Position numbers and translations under genes: made by a program
The notes under the pieces: model-generated
The model's input: the letters and a program-made list of their open reading frames with translations, nothing else
Databases searched by the model: none
Told to the model about the DNA's origin: nothing
Source: Octopus vulgaris
Taxonomy: Eukaryota
Assembly (NCBI GenBank): GCA_951406725.2
Contig: OX597816.1
Span: 179,738,001 to 179,802,000 of the forward strand
Length of the DNA: 64,000 nucleotides
Direction: 5' to 3'
In this document: positions 13,601 to 29,600 of the stretch, piece after piece
Numbering within the stretch: position 1 is the first letter of the stretch
How the letters are laid out: each line of letters begins with the position of its first letter

Positions 13601-15709
13601 ATGCTGTATTTGTTTTCCGTGAAAGTTGGGCGCGCTGTTAGTTGGGGCATTTGAATTATAACGTCGAATGTAATCAATTGAACCACACGCGTATTTATCG
13701 TTATGGTAAAATCTGGCGTGTGATTGAGTGGATTTCATCCAGATAGTTTTGGCTGAAAAGCTACAAGTGGATTTTTTTGTAAGTAAAATTACATTTAATT
13801 CATTAATAGCGAAACAATTGTCCCAAAATAATCTGTATTTTTGTTATTTTTTATTTGCCCTGTCCGTGTGAGCTAACAATCGTACTGACTTTCATGGGAA
13901 ACATGTATTTTCGTGGTTGAAACCTTTTGGATTAACTGGTGCTAGAGTGAGCCATATAGTGACCACTCTCTTATATTTATTTTGTAAAAATATTATAATA
14001 TGTTATAAAATATTATAATAATCCAGGTTTCTCGGAGCACTAGGCCACTTGGTGTTGAATAGATATACTATTAAATTAGTATCTAATTCTCTCACCCTTA
14101 TTAATTAATTATAATTATGCTGCATTTATTTCTAAATGCTGTATTTGTTTTCCGTGAAAGTTTGGCGCGCTGTTAGTTGGGGCATTTGAATTATAACGTC
14201 GGATGTAATCAATTGAACCACACGCGTATTTATCGTTATGGTAAAATCTGGCGTGTGATTGAGTGGATTTCATCCAGATAGTTTTGGCTGACGAGCTACA
14301 AGTGGATTTTTTTGTAAGTAAAATTACATTTAATTCATTAATAGCGAAACAATTGTCCCAAAATAATCTGTATTTTTGTTATTTTTTATTTGCCCTGTCC
14401 GTGTGAGCTAACAATCGTACTGACTTTCATGGGAAACATGTATTTTCGTGGTTGAAACCTTTTGGATTAACTGGTGCTAGAGTGAGCCATATAGTGACCA
14501 CTCTCTTATATTTATTTTGTAAAAATATTATAATATGTTATAAAATATTATAATAATCCAGGTTTCTCGGAGCACTAGGCCACTTGGTGTTGAATAGATA
14601 TACTATTAAATTAGTATCTAATTCTCTCACCCTTATTAATTAATTATAATTATGCTGCATTTATTTCTAAATGCTGTATTTGTTTTCCGTGAAAGTTGGG
14701 CGCGCTGTTAGTTGGGGCATTTGAATTATAACGTCGGATGTAATCAATTGAACCACACGCGTATTTATCGTTATGGTAAAATCTGGCGTGTGATTGAGTG
14801 GATTTCATCCAGATAGTTTTGGCTGAAAAGCTACAAGTGGATTCTTTTGTAAGTAAAATTACATTTAATTCATTAATAGCGAAACAATTGTCCCAAAATA
14901 ATCTGTATTTTTGTTATTTTTTATTTGCCCTGTCCGTGTGAGCTAACAATCGTACTGACTTTCATGGGAAACATGTATTTTCGTGGTTGAAACCTTTTGG
15001 ATTAACTGGTGCTAGAGTGAGCCATATAGTGACCACTCTCTTATATTTATTTTGTAAAAATATTATAATATGTTATAAAATATTATAGTAATCCAGGTTT
15101 CTCGGAGCACTAGGCCACTTGGTGTTGAATAGATATACTATTAAATTAGTATCTAATTCTCTCACCCTTATTAATTAATTATAATTATGCTGCATTTATT
15201 TCTAAATGCTGTATTTGTTTTCCGTGAAAGTTGGGCGCGCTGTTAGTTGGGGCATTTGAATTATAACGTCGGATGTAATCAATTGAACCACACGCGTATT
15301 TATCGTTATGGTAAAATCTGGCGTGTGATTGAGTGGATTTCATCCAGATAGTTTTGGCTGACGAGCTACAAGTGGATTTTTTTGTAAGTAAAATTACATT
15401 TAATTCATTAATAGCGAAACAATTGTCCCAAAATAATCTGTATTTTTGTTATTTTTTATTTGCCCTGTCCGTGTGAGCTAACAATCGTACTGACTTTCAT
15501 GGGAAACATGTATTTTCGTGGTTGAAACCTTTTGGATTAACTGGTGCTAGAGTGAGCCATATAGTGACCACTCTCTTATATTTATTTTGTAAAAATATTA
15601 TAATATGTTATAAAATATTATAATAATCCAGGTTTCTCGGAGCACTAGGCCACTTGGTGTTGAATAGATATACTATTAAATTAGTATCTAATTCTCTCAC
15701 CCTTATTAA

Positions 15710-15760
<51 letters not shown>

Positions 15761-15774
15761 TATATATATATAAA

Positions 15775-15812
<38 letters not shown>

Positions 15813-16339
15813 CACATACACACGTATATTTATGAATATTTATAATAAATTAGGGAATTCCGGGTTATCAGGAACATTACTATTTTACAGTTTTGTAATG
15901 AAACGTAAAAAGTATATTTTATAATATTATTACTACAAATTTGGGATATTTACCAATAGATAAGCAGCTCCTATTTCAAGATAACCCATGGTATAGTATA
16001 CGTAGAGAAAATTAAATCAAATCAAATAATTAAAATAACATAAAATAGAATTAGTTAATTAGATATGTTTTACATGTTATTAATCTGTGGTGAAAGAAGG
16101 TAGTACAAGTAATCGCTACACGTGTGTCTGCGCTGGTGGGGTGTGCATTAAGGCTATACTTGATATATAAATCCACCAGTGCGGCCACAGACTATGTATA
16201 TTATTACAAATATATTTTAAAATATTAAATACCTAAAGTACAATTAAGATATATATTGAAAATTCTCTACCTAAAGAAATTATTAACAATTAAATTAGAA
16301 ACATATCAAATCTCAAATTATGAGATTTGATATCTAAAT

Positions 16340-17545
16340 AAATATTATAGAAATTAATAATTTAGTATAAAATATACCCCTGTCAATACTAGCATAATAA
16401 AACATATTTTATGTCAAATGTGTGTTTAATTCTTTAATAAATTCTTAGTTCTTAGTATATACGTATATAATACTACTATAAATACTATTAAAACTTCTAG
16501 TAACTATATTCTCCATAAATGTGTGGAGATGATATGCTGTATTTTTATTTTATATAGTTTTCATTTTATTATACTTAAAGCTGTTCCTATGTTCGCATTT
16601 TATTCCTCTCTCTTCATTACTGTTTAATAATAACTCTCTCGACTGCAATATTTTTATAAATTTTCTGTTGTACAAAATAAGAATGTTTTTTTACCTATTT
16701 TATATGAGTTCGCTCTACAAATAATGTACCAATTAAGGGTGTATTCTATTTTATTAGATTTTAACTCCAATATATATTTACTTATGTATTTACAGGTCTA
16801 AGTAAATACACATGGGAATTAAAATCTAATAAAACAGAATGCACTTTAATTGGTATATTATTTGTAGAGCGAACTCATTTAAAAGAGTTTACGAAAATAC
16901 TCCAGTCGAGAAAGTCATTATTAAACAGTAATGAAGAGAGAGGAATAAAATGCTGACATATGAATAGCTTTACGTATAATAAAATGAAAAATATATCAAA
17001 TAAAAAAACCCCAGTATATCATCTCCACACACTTATGATGAATACAGTTACTAGAAGATTTAATAGTATTTATAGTAGTATTGTATACGTATATACTAAG
17101 AACTAAGAATTTATTAAACAATATGTAACAATTTATGTAACATAAATCTCAAAATCTACGACAATTTAAAACTCCATTTATAGCTAGCTTTACGATTATA
17201 GACCCAGTTCTAGCTATTATCTCCCTTCACTTCTACCTCTCTTATAATATTATTATTTTTAGAGTATTTTTCAGAGTATTTTATTTTATTCTTTTATATT
17301 ATACCCAATTCCCATAATACTTAGCGTCTGACAGTGGGAGCGGCCATTTGGTCTGGAACATCATGTCGTAAAGTAATCTACCTTCATTGTTTCTTTTATT
17401 TACTAAGTTTCTAACGTAAGTAGTTGCATTTACTATCTAATCTTTATTCTAGACTATTAACTCACATTTAACATAAAATATGTTTTATTACACTAGTATT
17501 GACAGGGGTATATTTTACACTAAATTATTAATTTCGATAATATTA
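16340..17545. repeat. Imperfect long inverted repeat (foldback/MITE-like) with extra sequence in the right arm
   Basis: About 16430-16780 pairs with 16800-17120, and 16340-16420 pairs with 17461-17545; 17125-17460 has no partner. Confidence 0.75.
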
Positions 17546-17559
17546 TAATATAATGACTA

Positions 17560-18560
<1,001 letters not shown>

Positions 18561-18699
18561 CTTCTAAAGGAAAATTTTATTCCCTCGTGTAATGAACACT
18601 AGACGCTAAATCGTTTGCCATTAACAGAAACCAAATAAAATTGGTTATCTATGGAAAATGCAAAGAATCGCTATGTGGGAGATGATTACAACAGTAGTG

Positions 18700-21130
18700 A
18701 AGTAATTAATGTGGTATATAAGATGTAAATTACAACACGTGCCAAAAATGAGAAAGAAATCTGTGGCAGGTATCATAGGTCGCGGAACTACAAAGAGGAA
18801 TTTCATTTAACTTTTGAACTGAATCAAAACCTGTACAAGATCTACAAAAATGTTTGGGCACATCCCTTGATCAGTTACATGAAGATGAAAAGATATTGGA
18901 ATGCAACATAGTCCAAACACTCAAAACTGAGTACGAAGCAAATATATCAGAAGACTACTTCCGAATACATTACCTGGCAAAATCATCCTTTAAACCTGCA
19001 TAGCAAATAATGGTGTTAACAGCTCAGTAAATTCTGCTTAGAAGAAAATGTCTAAAAAATGACCTGCGACCAAAATAAAATCGATAACAGTAACACAAAT
19101 ATGGGATTGACGCCATTAACCGGTGACGGCTACAAACAGATAAAAATGATTGACAGATAAAACAGCGCGCAGCATGATTTGAGGAACACTTTTACTATTT
19201 ACATCAACTGATTGAAAGAACGACTATGATATTTGTCGAAAGACAACATACTGACTTGATGTTATTCGTTATCGATAAAGCTACCAAAGAACATCTAGCA
19301 CAAATTGAAGCTTTCAACTTTTAGACAGTGAATGTCCTTCTGTATTATGCCATTGTATTGAAAATATCATTGGTCAATAGATCAGAGTAAAAAGATCAAT
19401 CAAAACGATAACGGATAACCAAAGTGGATTAACTTTCTCCAAGAAAAAAAACCCAAAAAACTCCACAGATTCAGAAAAAGCCATAAGCAAAACTGGGAGT
19501 TGTCGCACAACTGCCGGATAACAGTTGCAGTAACGATATCTGTTTCTGAGAAGCAGAAAAGCTTGGGGGCCATGAACAGCTCCTCATCAACAGGGCTATT
19601 CATGAGGAAGTAAGATGGACTCTCTGAAAGTAAGATTATAAAGAAGGCGTTTGATTCTGTCCCTTACAATACTGGAATCACTACACCTTACCACGCTTCC
19701 ATCTGCAACAGTCAATATCAGTAAAAGATTAACCAGAATATGGTTCACAAATATACTAAGGACTGAAGTAATATAATTAAACAGAACTAGGTTATTGGTG
19801 GGAATATTTCGGAATGATAGTTTGTAATGTTCACATTGGCAATGAATCTCTTGTCAGCCCTGTTGGAAGAATACCAAAGTTACATGCTAGAATATATAGA
19901 TGAGGAAAAAGTTCATGTCACTTATACTTTTGACATCCATTTTTCAGATGCTGTTCACAAAACGAAGTTAGAGCTGGTGACAACACTTTCACAGGAAATA
20001 GGAAAGTAGTTTGGCGATGATAAATGTTTATATCTGGTAATTAATGGAAGACCAGACTAGAGAAATATCAACAGTATTTGGACATCAATACCAGGAAGAT
20101 ATTAAACAGTATTTGTAGTTTCCATATCAATGGTGATAGACAAGGTCTATGTCAGAGAGAAGGATAGAGGCAGAGGCACAAGATGAGTGCAACTAGTCTT
20201 TGAGTGCTTCGGTGCATCACAGAGACAGCGCTTGCTGCTCAGCAAAAGGAGAAATGAATACATCATTTGGGAACTCAGCTGAAAATGGTATTTTGAACGC
20301 TGGCGAAGAACTGAACTGGTATTCTCAGTGTACAACTGCTCCATGCTGTCTCAGGATAGCTGGACTAACCTACGTAAGCAAAAACCTGGGGTGAGGCAGT
20401 CATCATATCAGCAGAAAGATATACTTGGGCGCTTATTACACAACTTAGAGGACCCCAATAGCATTAATTGGAAACCAATTATTTTATCTTGGTTTGTAAT
20501 AAATATTTCACATTCTAGTGAGGATACGTCGGGATAGGAAATAGCAGTCAGATGTCTGATGAATATAAGAGAAAGAATGCGATAGAAAATGTTAGTTGGA
20601 GCTATTCTAGTATAGGAAATATCACCCACATCATAGATAGCTGTTCAGAAATGTCCAAAAGGAACCATTAAACCAAAAGCCATGATACTGTAACGAAAAC
20701 TTGGTTGCTGGCAAAAAGGATTGTCCAGTCGTTAGCACAAAACCACACCAGAACCAGGATGTATCTGCACTTTTAATTTTAAGGAATACTGGTGGAACAT
20801 TTTAATAAAAACTGCAAACGCGTGCAAATAGCCTACTGGGTACTGCTTTGTGGGATAAGGAACATAAGTTGCCCTCTATTGTAGCGGTCAACTGCTCAGT
20901 GGATGCGAATGCTTCGTTTGAAATTATGGGAAAAGGGTACGTTTAGGATGAAATAGGGCGGTACTTACTGCTCTTGTGTTTAGGCAATGGATTATTTGGA
21001 ACTATTATCGTGGGTGCACTGGGCTATGTTACATTAGATTTACCGAAAAGAACACAGCAGACTGACACACATTTGCTAAATTCATTCAATTACTGGTACA
21101 GTGAAGATTTGTAAAGCTTCCAAAGATTTA
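18700..21130 (+). pseudogene. Highly decayed R4/Dong-like non-LTR retrotransposon
   Basis: Motif remnants in the expected order: DY-KKAFDSVP (about 19635), GIF..DSL..FTLAMNLLS (19800), FGDDKC (20010), YWWN (20790), IIVGALG (21005). Confidence 0.65.
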
Positions 21131-21286
21131 CGATATAAATTTCTTCAAATTAGAATATACACGCAATCACGTACACACATGGCATATACATACATGCAGA
21201 AACATGAAGAGTACTTACACTCTTACATGCTTACATATATATGCATGCACCGTGCTCTGTCTCCTCTCTCTCTCTGTTTCTCTTTC

Positions 21287-21325
<39 letters not shown>

Positions 21326-21613
21326 CCCTTTCTCTTTCTTTCTTCCTTCCTTCCTTCCTTCCTTTCTTCTACTGTTTCACGTACCCCTTACTGTTCACTT
21401 ATGAAGCTCATGTGGTCCTGCTTTTTTCGTTCGAATTTTGTTAATTTGATTGTTATCCGTTGTAAAAATGAATTAATAATTAAATGAAATTGTGTGTATT
21501 AATAAAGTATAAATTATATACAAAAGTTATTACAAACCGATCATTGATAATAAGAATATCTAAATGAATCAATTTTATTGTAGACGTTACGAATACTTAT
21601 ATACTGTTATATA

Positions 21614-21681
<68 letters not shown>

Positions 21682-22631
21682 CATATATATCTTACACACA
21701 CACACATGGGAGTTTCTAGCTCTCGGTTGTATTGACTAATTCGCTACAAAGTAGGTTGAACAGAGATTAGCGCTTTGATCAAGGTATAATCTGTTAGCAG
21801 TGATGGAATACGAATTCATTTGTCTCCTGCCAAAAATCTGATATTTTTAGTTATAGTTCCTTTAAAAATTCTTCTAGAAATAATTCTAAATATTATTATA
21901 ACTGTTGTTTATCTTGCAATGTTTCTGAGCACAAGATTAATTTCTTAGAATACAACAAAATTTAGAACCCCAAAACTTCAATAAACAAACCTTAAACAGC
22001 TTTAAAAAAATCTTAGTATTTTATTTTTTCTCCCTTAAACAATGCAAGAATACTTAACAAGCATTTTGAACTGTTTCCGTAGATGAATGTTTGCTGTTAA
22101 ACAGAGATTAATCCAGAAGCTGATAGCTGGTTGTTTCTTAATCGATATTGCACTTTTCAATATCTTCGCAGAAGACAACCAAATAGGCATGAATTGTGAA
22201 ATCTTCCTTGTTTAGAAAATGTCACGGCTGCTATAGAGTTGCTGTTGTTTATAAAGTGGATGGTATTCAGTGATTTTGACAAACACTGGATTAAAGATTA
22301 AAGCGATCAAATGAGCATATTATGTAATTAATATTCTATGTTTGCCAGTGACTTATTGCTGAGCTATTGTTTCGAGATGAACAACTGATTGATATTCTAT
22401 AGCGTGTAATCTTAAAATTCTTCTTCAGTGAAATGTTGCATATAAAACTGTAAATCAGCAAACATAAAGACCGTCAATATTTACTTAGATCGATTAAAAA
22501 TTGCGAAGAAATTTGGAACAAACTTTAAATATTGTTTAAGCCAACTATAACTACATAATAATATTTTTGTTTAGACGCAAGATCTCGGCAAGCACTAGTG
22601 GCATAATCAATCATTCGAACCTCAATATATT

Positions 22632-22838
22632 TTTTTCTACTCTAGGCCCGAAAGTTTTTGGGAGGGAGCCAGTCTATTAAATTGCCCTAGTATGTAATTG
22701 GTACATAATTCATCAACCCCGAAAAGATAAAAGGCAAAGTCAACCTTGTCGGAATTTGAACTCGGAACGTAGTGACAGACGAAATGCCGCTAAGCATTTC
22801 GCCCGGCGTGCTAACGTTTCTGCCAGCTCGCCTCTTTT
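22632..22838 (-). mobile_element. tRNA-derived SINE (family C) with target-site duplication
   Basis: Minus head GGCGAGCTGGCAGAAACGTTAGCA...GAGTTCAAATTCC; GAACCTCA(A/G)TATATT at 22617-22631 and 22839-22853. Confidence 0.8.
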
Positions 22839-23720
22839 GAACCTCAGTATATTACTGACGCCACTTTCATCGAATCTTGGTCATTGACAAGCATCTTTCC
22901 TTGGCCTTCGTAGTTTAATTTGAACTAATAACAACTAGATATGACAATAAAGGATTGAGTCTATCCTTGTACACTCGGAACAAAAACAATTTCTTTAGTT
23001 ATTATTATCTCCGATGTAGAAAATCCATGATTTTTCGCAGGAATCGTAACCAAAGGAAAAAAAATGAGAGCAGTTTAAGATCTCACACAACAATAACAAC
23101 TACACAACGCACAGCTTACAGACACTACTTTTCAAATATCACATGGAATATACTGTAGACACAACTGAAGATCGGCTACAAAAACGTCCTTGGTAAGGGT
23201 GTTTTGCGAAGAATTTTGTCCTGGCCCAAAGAATTTATTCAGGAGTGGGAGAAGAGAAAATTGATACACCTCTGCTTTATAAAAACAGTAGAGTTTTCCA
23301 TATGCCCCTAAAAACGATTTAAAGGAGTCACTGTTTATCATTTTGGACAGTATCTTGTTCATTAATCGTAGTAGGACATACATTAATATCTTCCTTTTAT
23401 AGCCAGAAGTCGAAACAAAACCATAAATAGAGATAGTGAGATACATACTCGATTATAGGCAGTAGATGGCACAGCGCAACATAATGGTGACAGCGAGGGG
23501 CACTGGTAGCTATGTTGACTTCTGTTTCGTTGCTTCATATTCGGTGCATTATGAGCAGTTACTAAATGCAGCAATGACGAGGAACAGTGCGAAGTCAGGA
23601 TAGAGTTAACATGGGTTTGCATGTTCTTATTCTTAAATCTCAGAGTTGTGTACCATCAATAGCCTGGCTGCGACACTTGCGGCAGTAAAACGCCTCTCGG
23701 GGAAATTTCTCTCAAGGCAC

Positions 23721-23781
<61 letters not shown>

Positions 23782-24262
23782 GAAAGAGAGAGTGAAAGAG
23801 AGAGAAAAAGAGAGAGTAAGAAAGAGAGAGAGAAAAAGAGAGAGAGAGAGTGGGTAAACAGCATCCAAACTAACAACACCAACAATAATAATAGCAACAG
23901 CAAGTACAGGAAACTACTGCTGTTAGTGTACCACCCGTTATTACAGGGGTATCCTCCTCATCTTCAGTCCTAAAAAACCGACGATCAAGAGGCAGGTAAC
24001 CGAGAAACCAAGGAATTCAGTAATACCAACCCATTGTCTAGCGAGAAAGAGACCAAAACACACATAGCAAAGCCCACCCTACCTTCGTGATTTTCGCAAT
24101 TCTGTTTTAGCAAACGAAGAACTATGGCTCACTTAAATCACTTCTGCTATCATTCCCTCTCATCCAGTCTGCTACCAAACCTCCTGCTCTCTCTTCCTGT
24201 AGGTGTTTCTCACTCACTCTCTCTCATATCTCTCTCATCTCTCTCTCTCTCTCTCTCTCTCA

Positions 24263-24320
<58 letters not shown>

Positions 24321-24472
24321 CTCTCTCTCTTACACTCAAACAATATCTATCTCTCCGCCATTCACACACTGTTTTTCTCTTACTTCTATCTGCTTCTTAT
24401 GCTCTTTTCTTAACTCTCTCTTTCTGTCGCTCTCTGTCTGTTTGTCTGTTTGTCTGTCTGCCTCTCATACAC

Positions 24473-24528
<56 letters not shown>

Positions 24529-24751
24529 ACGTATACTAGCCTAACATACTCTCTTTTGACATATTCTATATAGTAGTCGTTGAACAATAGTGCTGTAAGG
24601 CAATCACGTGAGTGAAAAAAGAGCGTCTGCAACTGGGGCAGAAAATAGGAAAAGAACCAAGTTTTCCAATTTTTTCTCCGTCTTTTGAGAGACAGATTCG
24701 CAAAATATCAAGATATACGTACACACTCACATATAAACGCATATCTGTCTG

Positions 24752-24834
<83 letters not shown>

Positions 24835-24846
24835 CTCTCTCTCTCT

Positions 24847-24908
<62 letters not shown>

Positions 24909-24911
<3 letters not shown>

Positions 24912-25312
24912 CGCAGGAGTGGCTGTGTGGTAAGTAGCTTGCTTACCAACCACATGGTTCCGGGTTCAATCCCACTGCGTGGCACCTTGAGCAAGTGTCT
25001 TCTGCTATAGCCTCGGGCAGACCAAAGCCTTGTGAGTGGATTTGGTAGACGGAAACTGAAAGAAGCCCGTCGTATATATGTATATATATATATGCGTGTG
25101 TGTTTTTGTGTGTCGGTGTTTGTCCCCCTAGCATTGCTTGACAACCGATGTTGGTGTGTTTATGTCCCCGTTACTAGCGGTTCAGCAAAAGAGACCGATA
25201 GAATAAATACTAGGCTTACGAAAGAATAAGTCACGGGGTCGAGTTGCTCGATTAAAGGCGGTGCTCCAGCATGGCCGCAGTCAAATGACTGAAACAAGTA
25301 AAAGAGTAAAAG
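24909..25312 (+). mobile_element. Full-length tRNA-derived SINE (family A)
   Basis: A-box TGGCTGTGTGG, B-box GGTTCAATCCC, internal microsatellite, GTAAAAGA-repeat tail; many copies in the window. Confidence 0.9.
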
Positions 25313-25479
25313 AGTATATATACGTACATACATGTATATATATTTACACACACATATATACATCCAGAGGATAGTACGCGGCACACATAAAAGGTCGAGT
25401 ATCTATTGTACAGTCAGAACTTGTAGTAGCCACATTTAAGTCCCCTATGTTTTTAACCATATACATACATACCTAATAA

Positions 25480-25605
25480 TGTATGTATGTATGTATGTAT
25501 GTATGTATGTATGTATGTATGTATGTATGTATGTATGTATGTATGTATGTATGTATGTATGTATGTATGTATGTGTGTGTGTATGTATGTATGTATGTAT
25601 GTATG

Positions 25606-25666
<61 letters not shown>

Positions 25667-25667
25667 A

Positions 25668-25700
<33 letters not shown>

Positions 25701-26585
25701 ATGTATGTGTGTGTATGTATGTATGTATGTATGTGTGTGTGTATGTATGTGTGTATGTATGTGTGTGTATGTATGTATATGTATGTATGTATGTGTGTAT
25801 GTATGTGTGTATGTATGTATGTTTGTATGTATGTATGTATGTGTGTATGTATGTATGTATGTATGTGTGTGTATGTATTTATGTCTGTATGTATGTATGT
25901 GTGTATGTATGTGTGTGTGTATGTATGTTTGTATGTATGTATGTTTGTATGTATGTATGTTTGTATGTATGTATGTATGTATGTATGTATGTGTGTGAAT
26001 GTATGTATGTATGTATGTGTGTGTGTATGTATATATGTATGTGTGTATGTATGTATGTATGTATGTATGTGTGTATGTATGTGTGTGTATGTATGTATGT
26101 ATGTATGTATGTATGTATGTATGTATGTATGTATGTATGTATGTATGTCTGCATGTATGTATGTGTGTATGTGTGTGTGTATGTATGTATGTATGTATGT
26201 ATGTATGTATGTATGTATGTGTGTGTATGTATGTATGTATGTATGTGTGTGTATGTATGTGTGTGTGTATGTATGTATGTTTGTATGTATGTATGTATGT
26301 ATGTATGTATGTATGTATGTATGTATGTCTGTATGTATGTATGTCTGTATGTATGTATGTGTGTATGTATGTATGTATGTATGTATGTATGTATGTATGT
26401 ATGTATGTGTGTATGTATGTGTGTGTACGTATGTTTGTATGTATGTATGTATGTTTGTATGTATGTATGTTTGTATGTATGTATGTATGTATGTATGTAT
26501 GTATGTATGTGTGTGTATGTATGTATGTATGTATGTATGTATGTATGTATGTATGTATGTATGTATATATGTATGTATGTATGTA

Positions 26586-26616
<31 letters not shown>

Positions 26617-29600
26617 ATGTATGTATGTATGTATGTATGTGTGTATGTATGTATGTATGTGTGTATGCATGTATGTGTGTATGTATGTGTGTGTATGTAT
26701 GTATGTATGTATGTATGTATGTATGTATGTATGTGTGTATGTATGTATGTGTGTATATATGTATGTTTGTATGTATGTATGTATGTATGTGTGTATGTAT
26801 GTATGTATGTATGTATGTATGTATGTATGTATGTGTGTGTGTGTATGTATGTATGTATGTATGTATGTCTGTATGTATGTATGTGTGTATGTATGTGTGT
26901 GTGTATGTATGTTTGTATGTATGTATGTTTGTATGTATGTATGTTTGTATGTATGTGTGTATGTATGTATGTATGTATGTATGTATGTATGTATGTATGT
27001 ATGTATGTATGTATGTATGTGTGTGTGTATGTATGTATGTGTGTGTATATGTATGTATGTATGTATGTGTGTATGTATGTATGTATGTGTGTATGTATGT
27101 GTGTGTATGTATGTATCTATGTATGTATGTATGTCTGTATGTATGTATGTGTGTATGTATGTGTGTATGTATGTATGTTTGTATGTATGTATGTATGTAT
27201 GTGTGTGTATGTATGTATGTATGTATGTATGTATGTATGTGTGTGTATGTATGTGTGTGTGTATGTATGTATGTTTGTATGTATGTATGTATGTATGTAT
27301 GTCTGTATGTATGTATGTGTGTATGTATGTATGTATGTATGTATGTATGTATGTATGTATGTATGTGTGTATGTATGTATGTATATATGTATGTCTGTAT
27401 GTATGTATGTGTGTATGTATGTGTGTGTATGTATGTTTGTATGTATGTATGTATGTTTGTATGTATGTATGTTTGTATGTATGTATGTATGTATGTATGT
27501 ATGTATGTATGTGTGTATGTATGTGTGTATGTATGTATGTTTGTATGTATGTATGTTTGTATGTATGTATGTTTGTGTGTATGTATGTATGTATGTATGT
27601 GTGTATGTATGTATGTTTGTATGTATGTATGTATGTATGTGTGTGTATGTATGTATGTATGTGTGTATGTATGTATGCGTGTATGTATGTGTGTGTATGT
27701 ATGTTTGTATGTATGTATGTATGTTTGTATGTATGTATGTTTGTATGTATTTATGTATGTGTGTGTATGTATGTATGTATGTATGTGTGTATGTATGTAT
27801 GTATGTATGTATGTATGTATGTATGTATGTATGTATGTATGTATGTGTGTGTATGTATGTATGTATGTATGTATGTGTGTGTGTATGTATGTATGTATGT
27901 ATGTATGTATATATGTGTGTGTATGTATGTATGTGTGTATGTATGTGTGTGTATGTATGTTTGTATGTATGTATGTATGTTTGTATGTATGTATGTTTGT
28001 ATGTATGTATGTATGTATGTATGTATGTGTGTGAATGTATGTATGTATGTATGTGTGTGTGTATGTATATATGTATGTGTGTGTATGTATGTATGTATGT
28101 ATGTGTGTATGTATGTGTGTGTATGTATGTATGTATGTATGTATGTATGTATGTATGTATGTATGTATGTCTGCATGTATGTATGTGTGTATGTATGTGT
28201 GTATGTATGTATGTATGTTTGTATGTATGTATGTATGTGTGTGTATGTATGTATGTATGTATGTGTGTGTATGTATGTGTGTGTGTATGTATGTATGTTT
28301 GTATGTATGTATGTATGTATGTATGTATGTATGTATGTCTGTATGTATGTATGTCTGTATGTATGTATGTGTGTATGTATGTATGTATGTATGTATGTAT
28401 GTATGTATGTATGTATGTATGTGTGTATGTATGTGTGTGTACGTATGTTTGTATGTATGTATGTATGTTTGTATGTATGTATGTTTGTATGTATGTATGT
28501 ATGTATGTATGTATGTATGTATGTGTGTATGTATGTATGTATGTATGTATGTATGTATGTATGTATGTATGTATGTATGTATGTATGTATGTATGTATGT
28601 GTGTGTGTGTATGTATGTATGTATGTATGTATGTATGTGTGTGTGTATGTATGTATGTATGTGTGTATGTATGTATGTGTGTATGTATGTGTGTGTATGT
28701 ATGTATGTATGTATGTATGTATGTATGTATGTGTGTATGTATGTATGTGTGTATATATGTATGTTTGTATGTATGTATGTATGTATGTGTGTATGTATGT
28801 ATGTATGTATGTATGTATGTATGTATGTATGTATGTATGTATGTATGTATGTATGTATGTATGTATGTCTGTATGTATGTATGTGTGTATGTATGTGTGT
28901 GTGTATGTATGTTTGTATGTATGTATGTTTGTATGTATGTATGTTTGTATGTATGTGTGTATGTATGTATGTATGTATGTATGTATGTATGTATGTATGT
29001 ATGTATGTGTGTGTGTGTATGTATGTATGTGTGTGTATATGTATGTATGTATGTATGTATGTGTGTATGTATGTATGTATGTGTGTATGTATGTGTGTGT
29101 ATGTATGTATCTATGTATGTATGTATGTCTGTATGTATGTATGTGTGTATGTATGTGTGTATGTATGTATGTTTGTATGTATGTATGTATGTATGTGTGT
29201 GTATGTATGTATGTATGTATGTATGTATGTATGTGTGTGTGTATGTATGTGTGTGTGTATGTATGTATGTTTGTATGTATGTATGTATGTATGTATGTCT
29301 GTATGTATGTATGTGTGTATGTATGTATGTGTGTATGTATGGATGTATGTATGTATGTATGTGTGTGTGTATGTATGTATGTATATATGTATGTCTGTAT
29401 GTATGTATGTGTGTATGTATGTGTGTGTATGTATGTTTGTATGTATGTATGTATGTTTGTATGTATGTATGTTTGTATGTATGTATGTATGTATGTATGT
29501 ATGTATGTATGTATGTATGTGTGTATGTATGTATGTTTGTATGTATGTATGTTTGTATGTATGTATGTTTGTGTGTATGTATGTATGTATGTGTGTATGT

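Larger units (their letters stand above)
8947..15718. repeat. Tandem array of a 535-bp unit: about 2.4 copies (minus) joined to about 10.2 copies (plus)
   Basis: Left-arm unit starts near 8947, 9482 and 10017; orientation flips at about 10237-10241; period 534-535 bp; near-identical copies; (TA)n at both outer ends; no ORF. Confidence 0.95.

Noticed and set aside
8947-15718. CRISPR-like or rDNA/snRNA gene array
   Set aside because: No unique spacers and no recognisable rRNA or snRNA sequence; whole units repeat.
23132-23622. Minus-strand ORFs of 104 and 79 aa
   Set aside because: No recognisable motif or splice structure.
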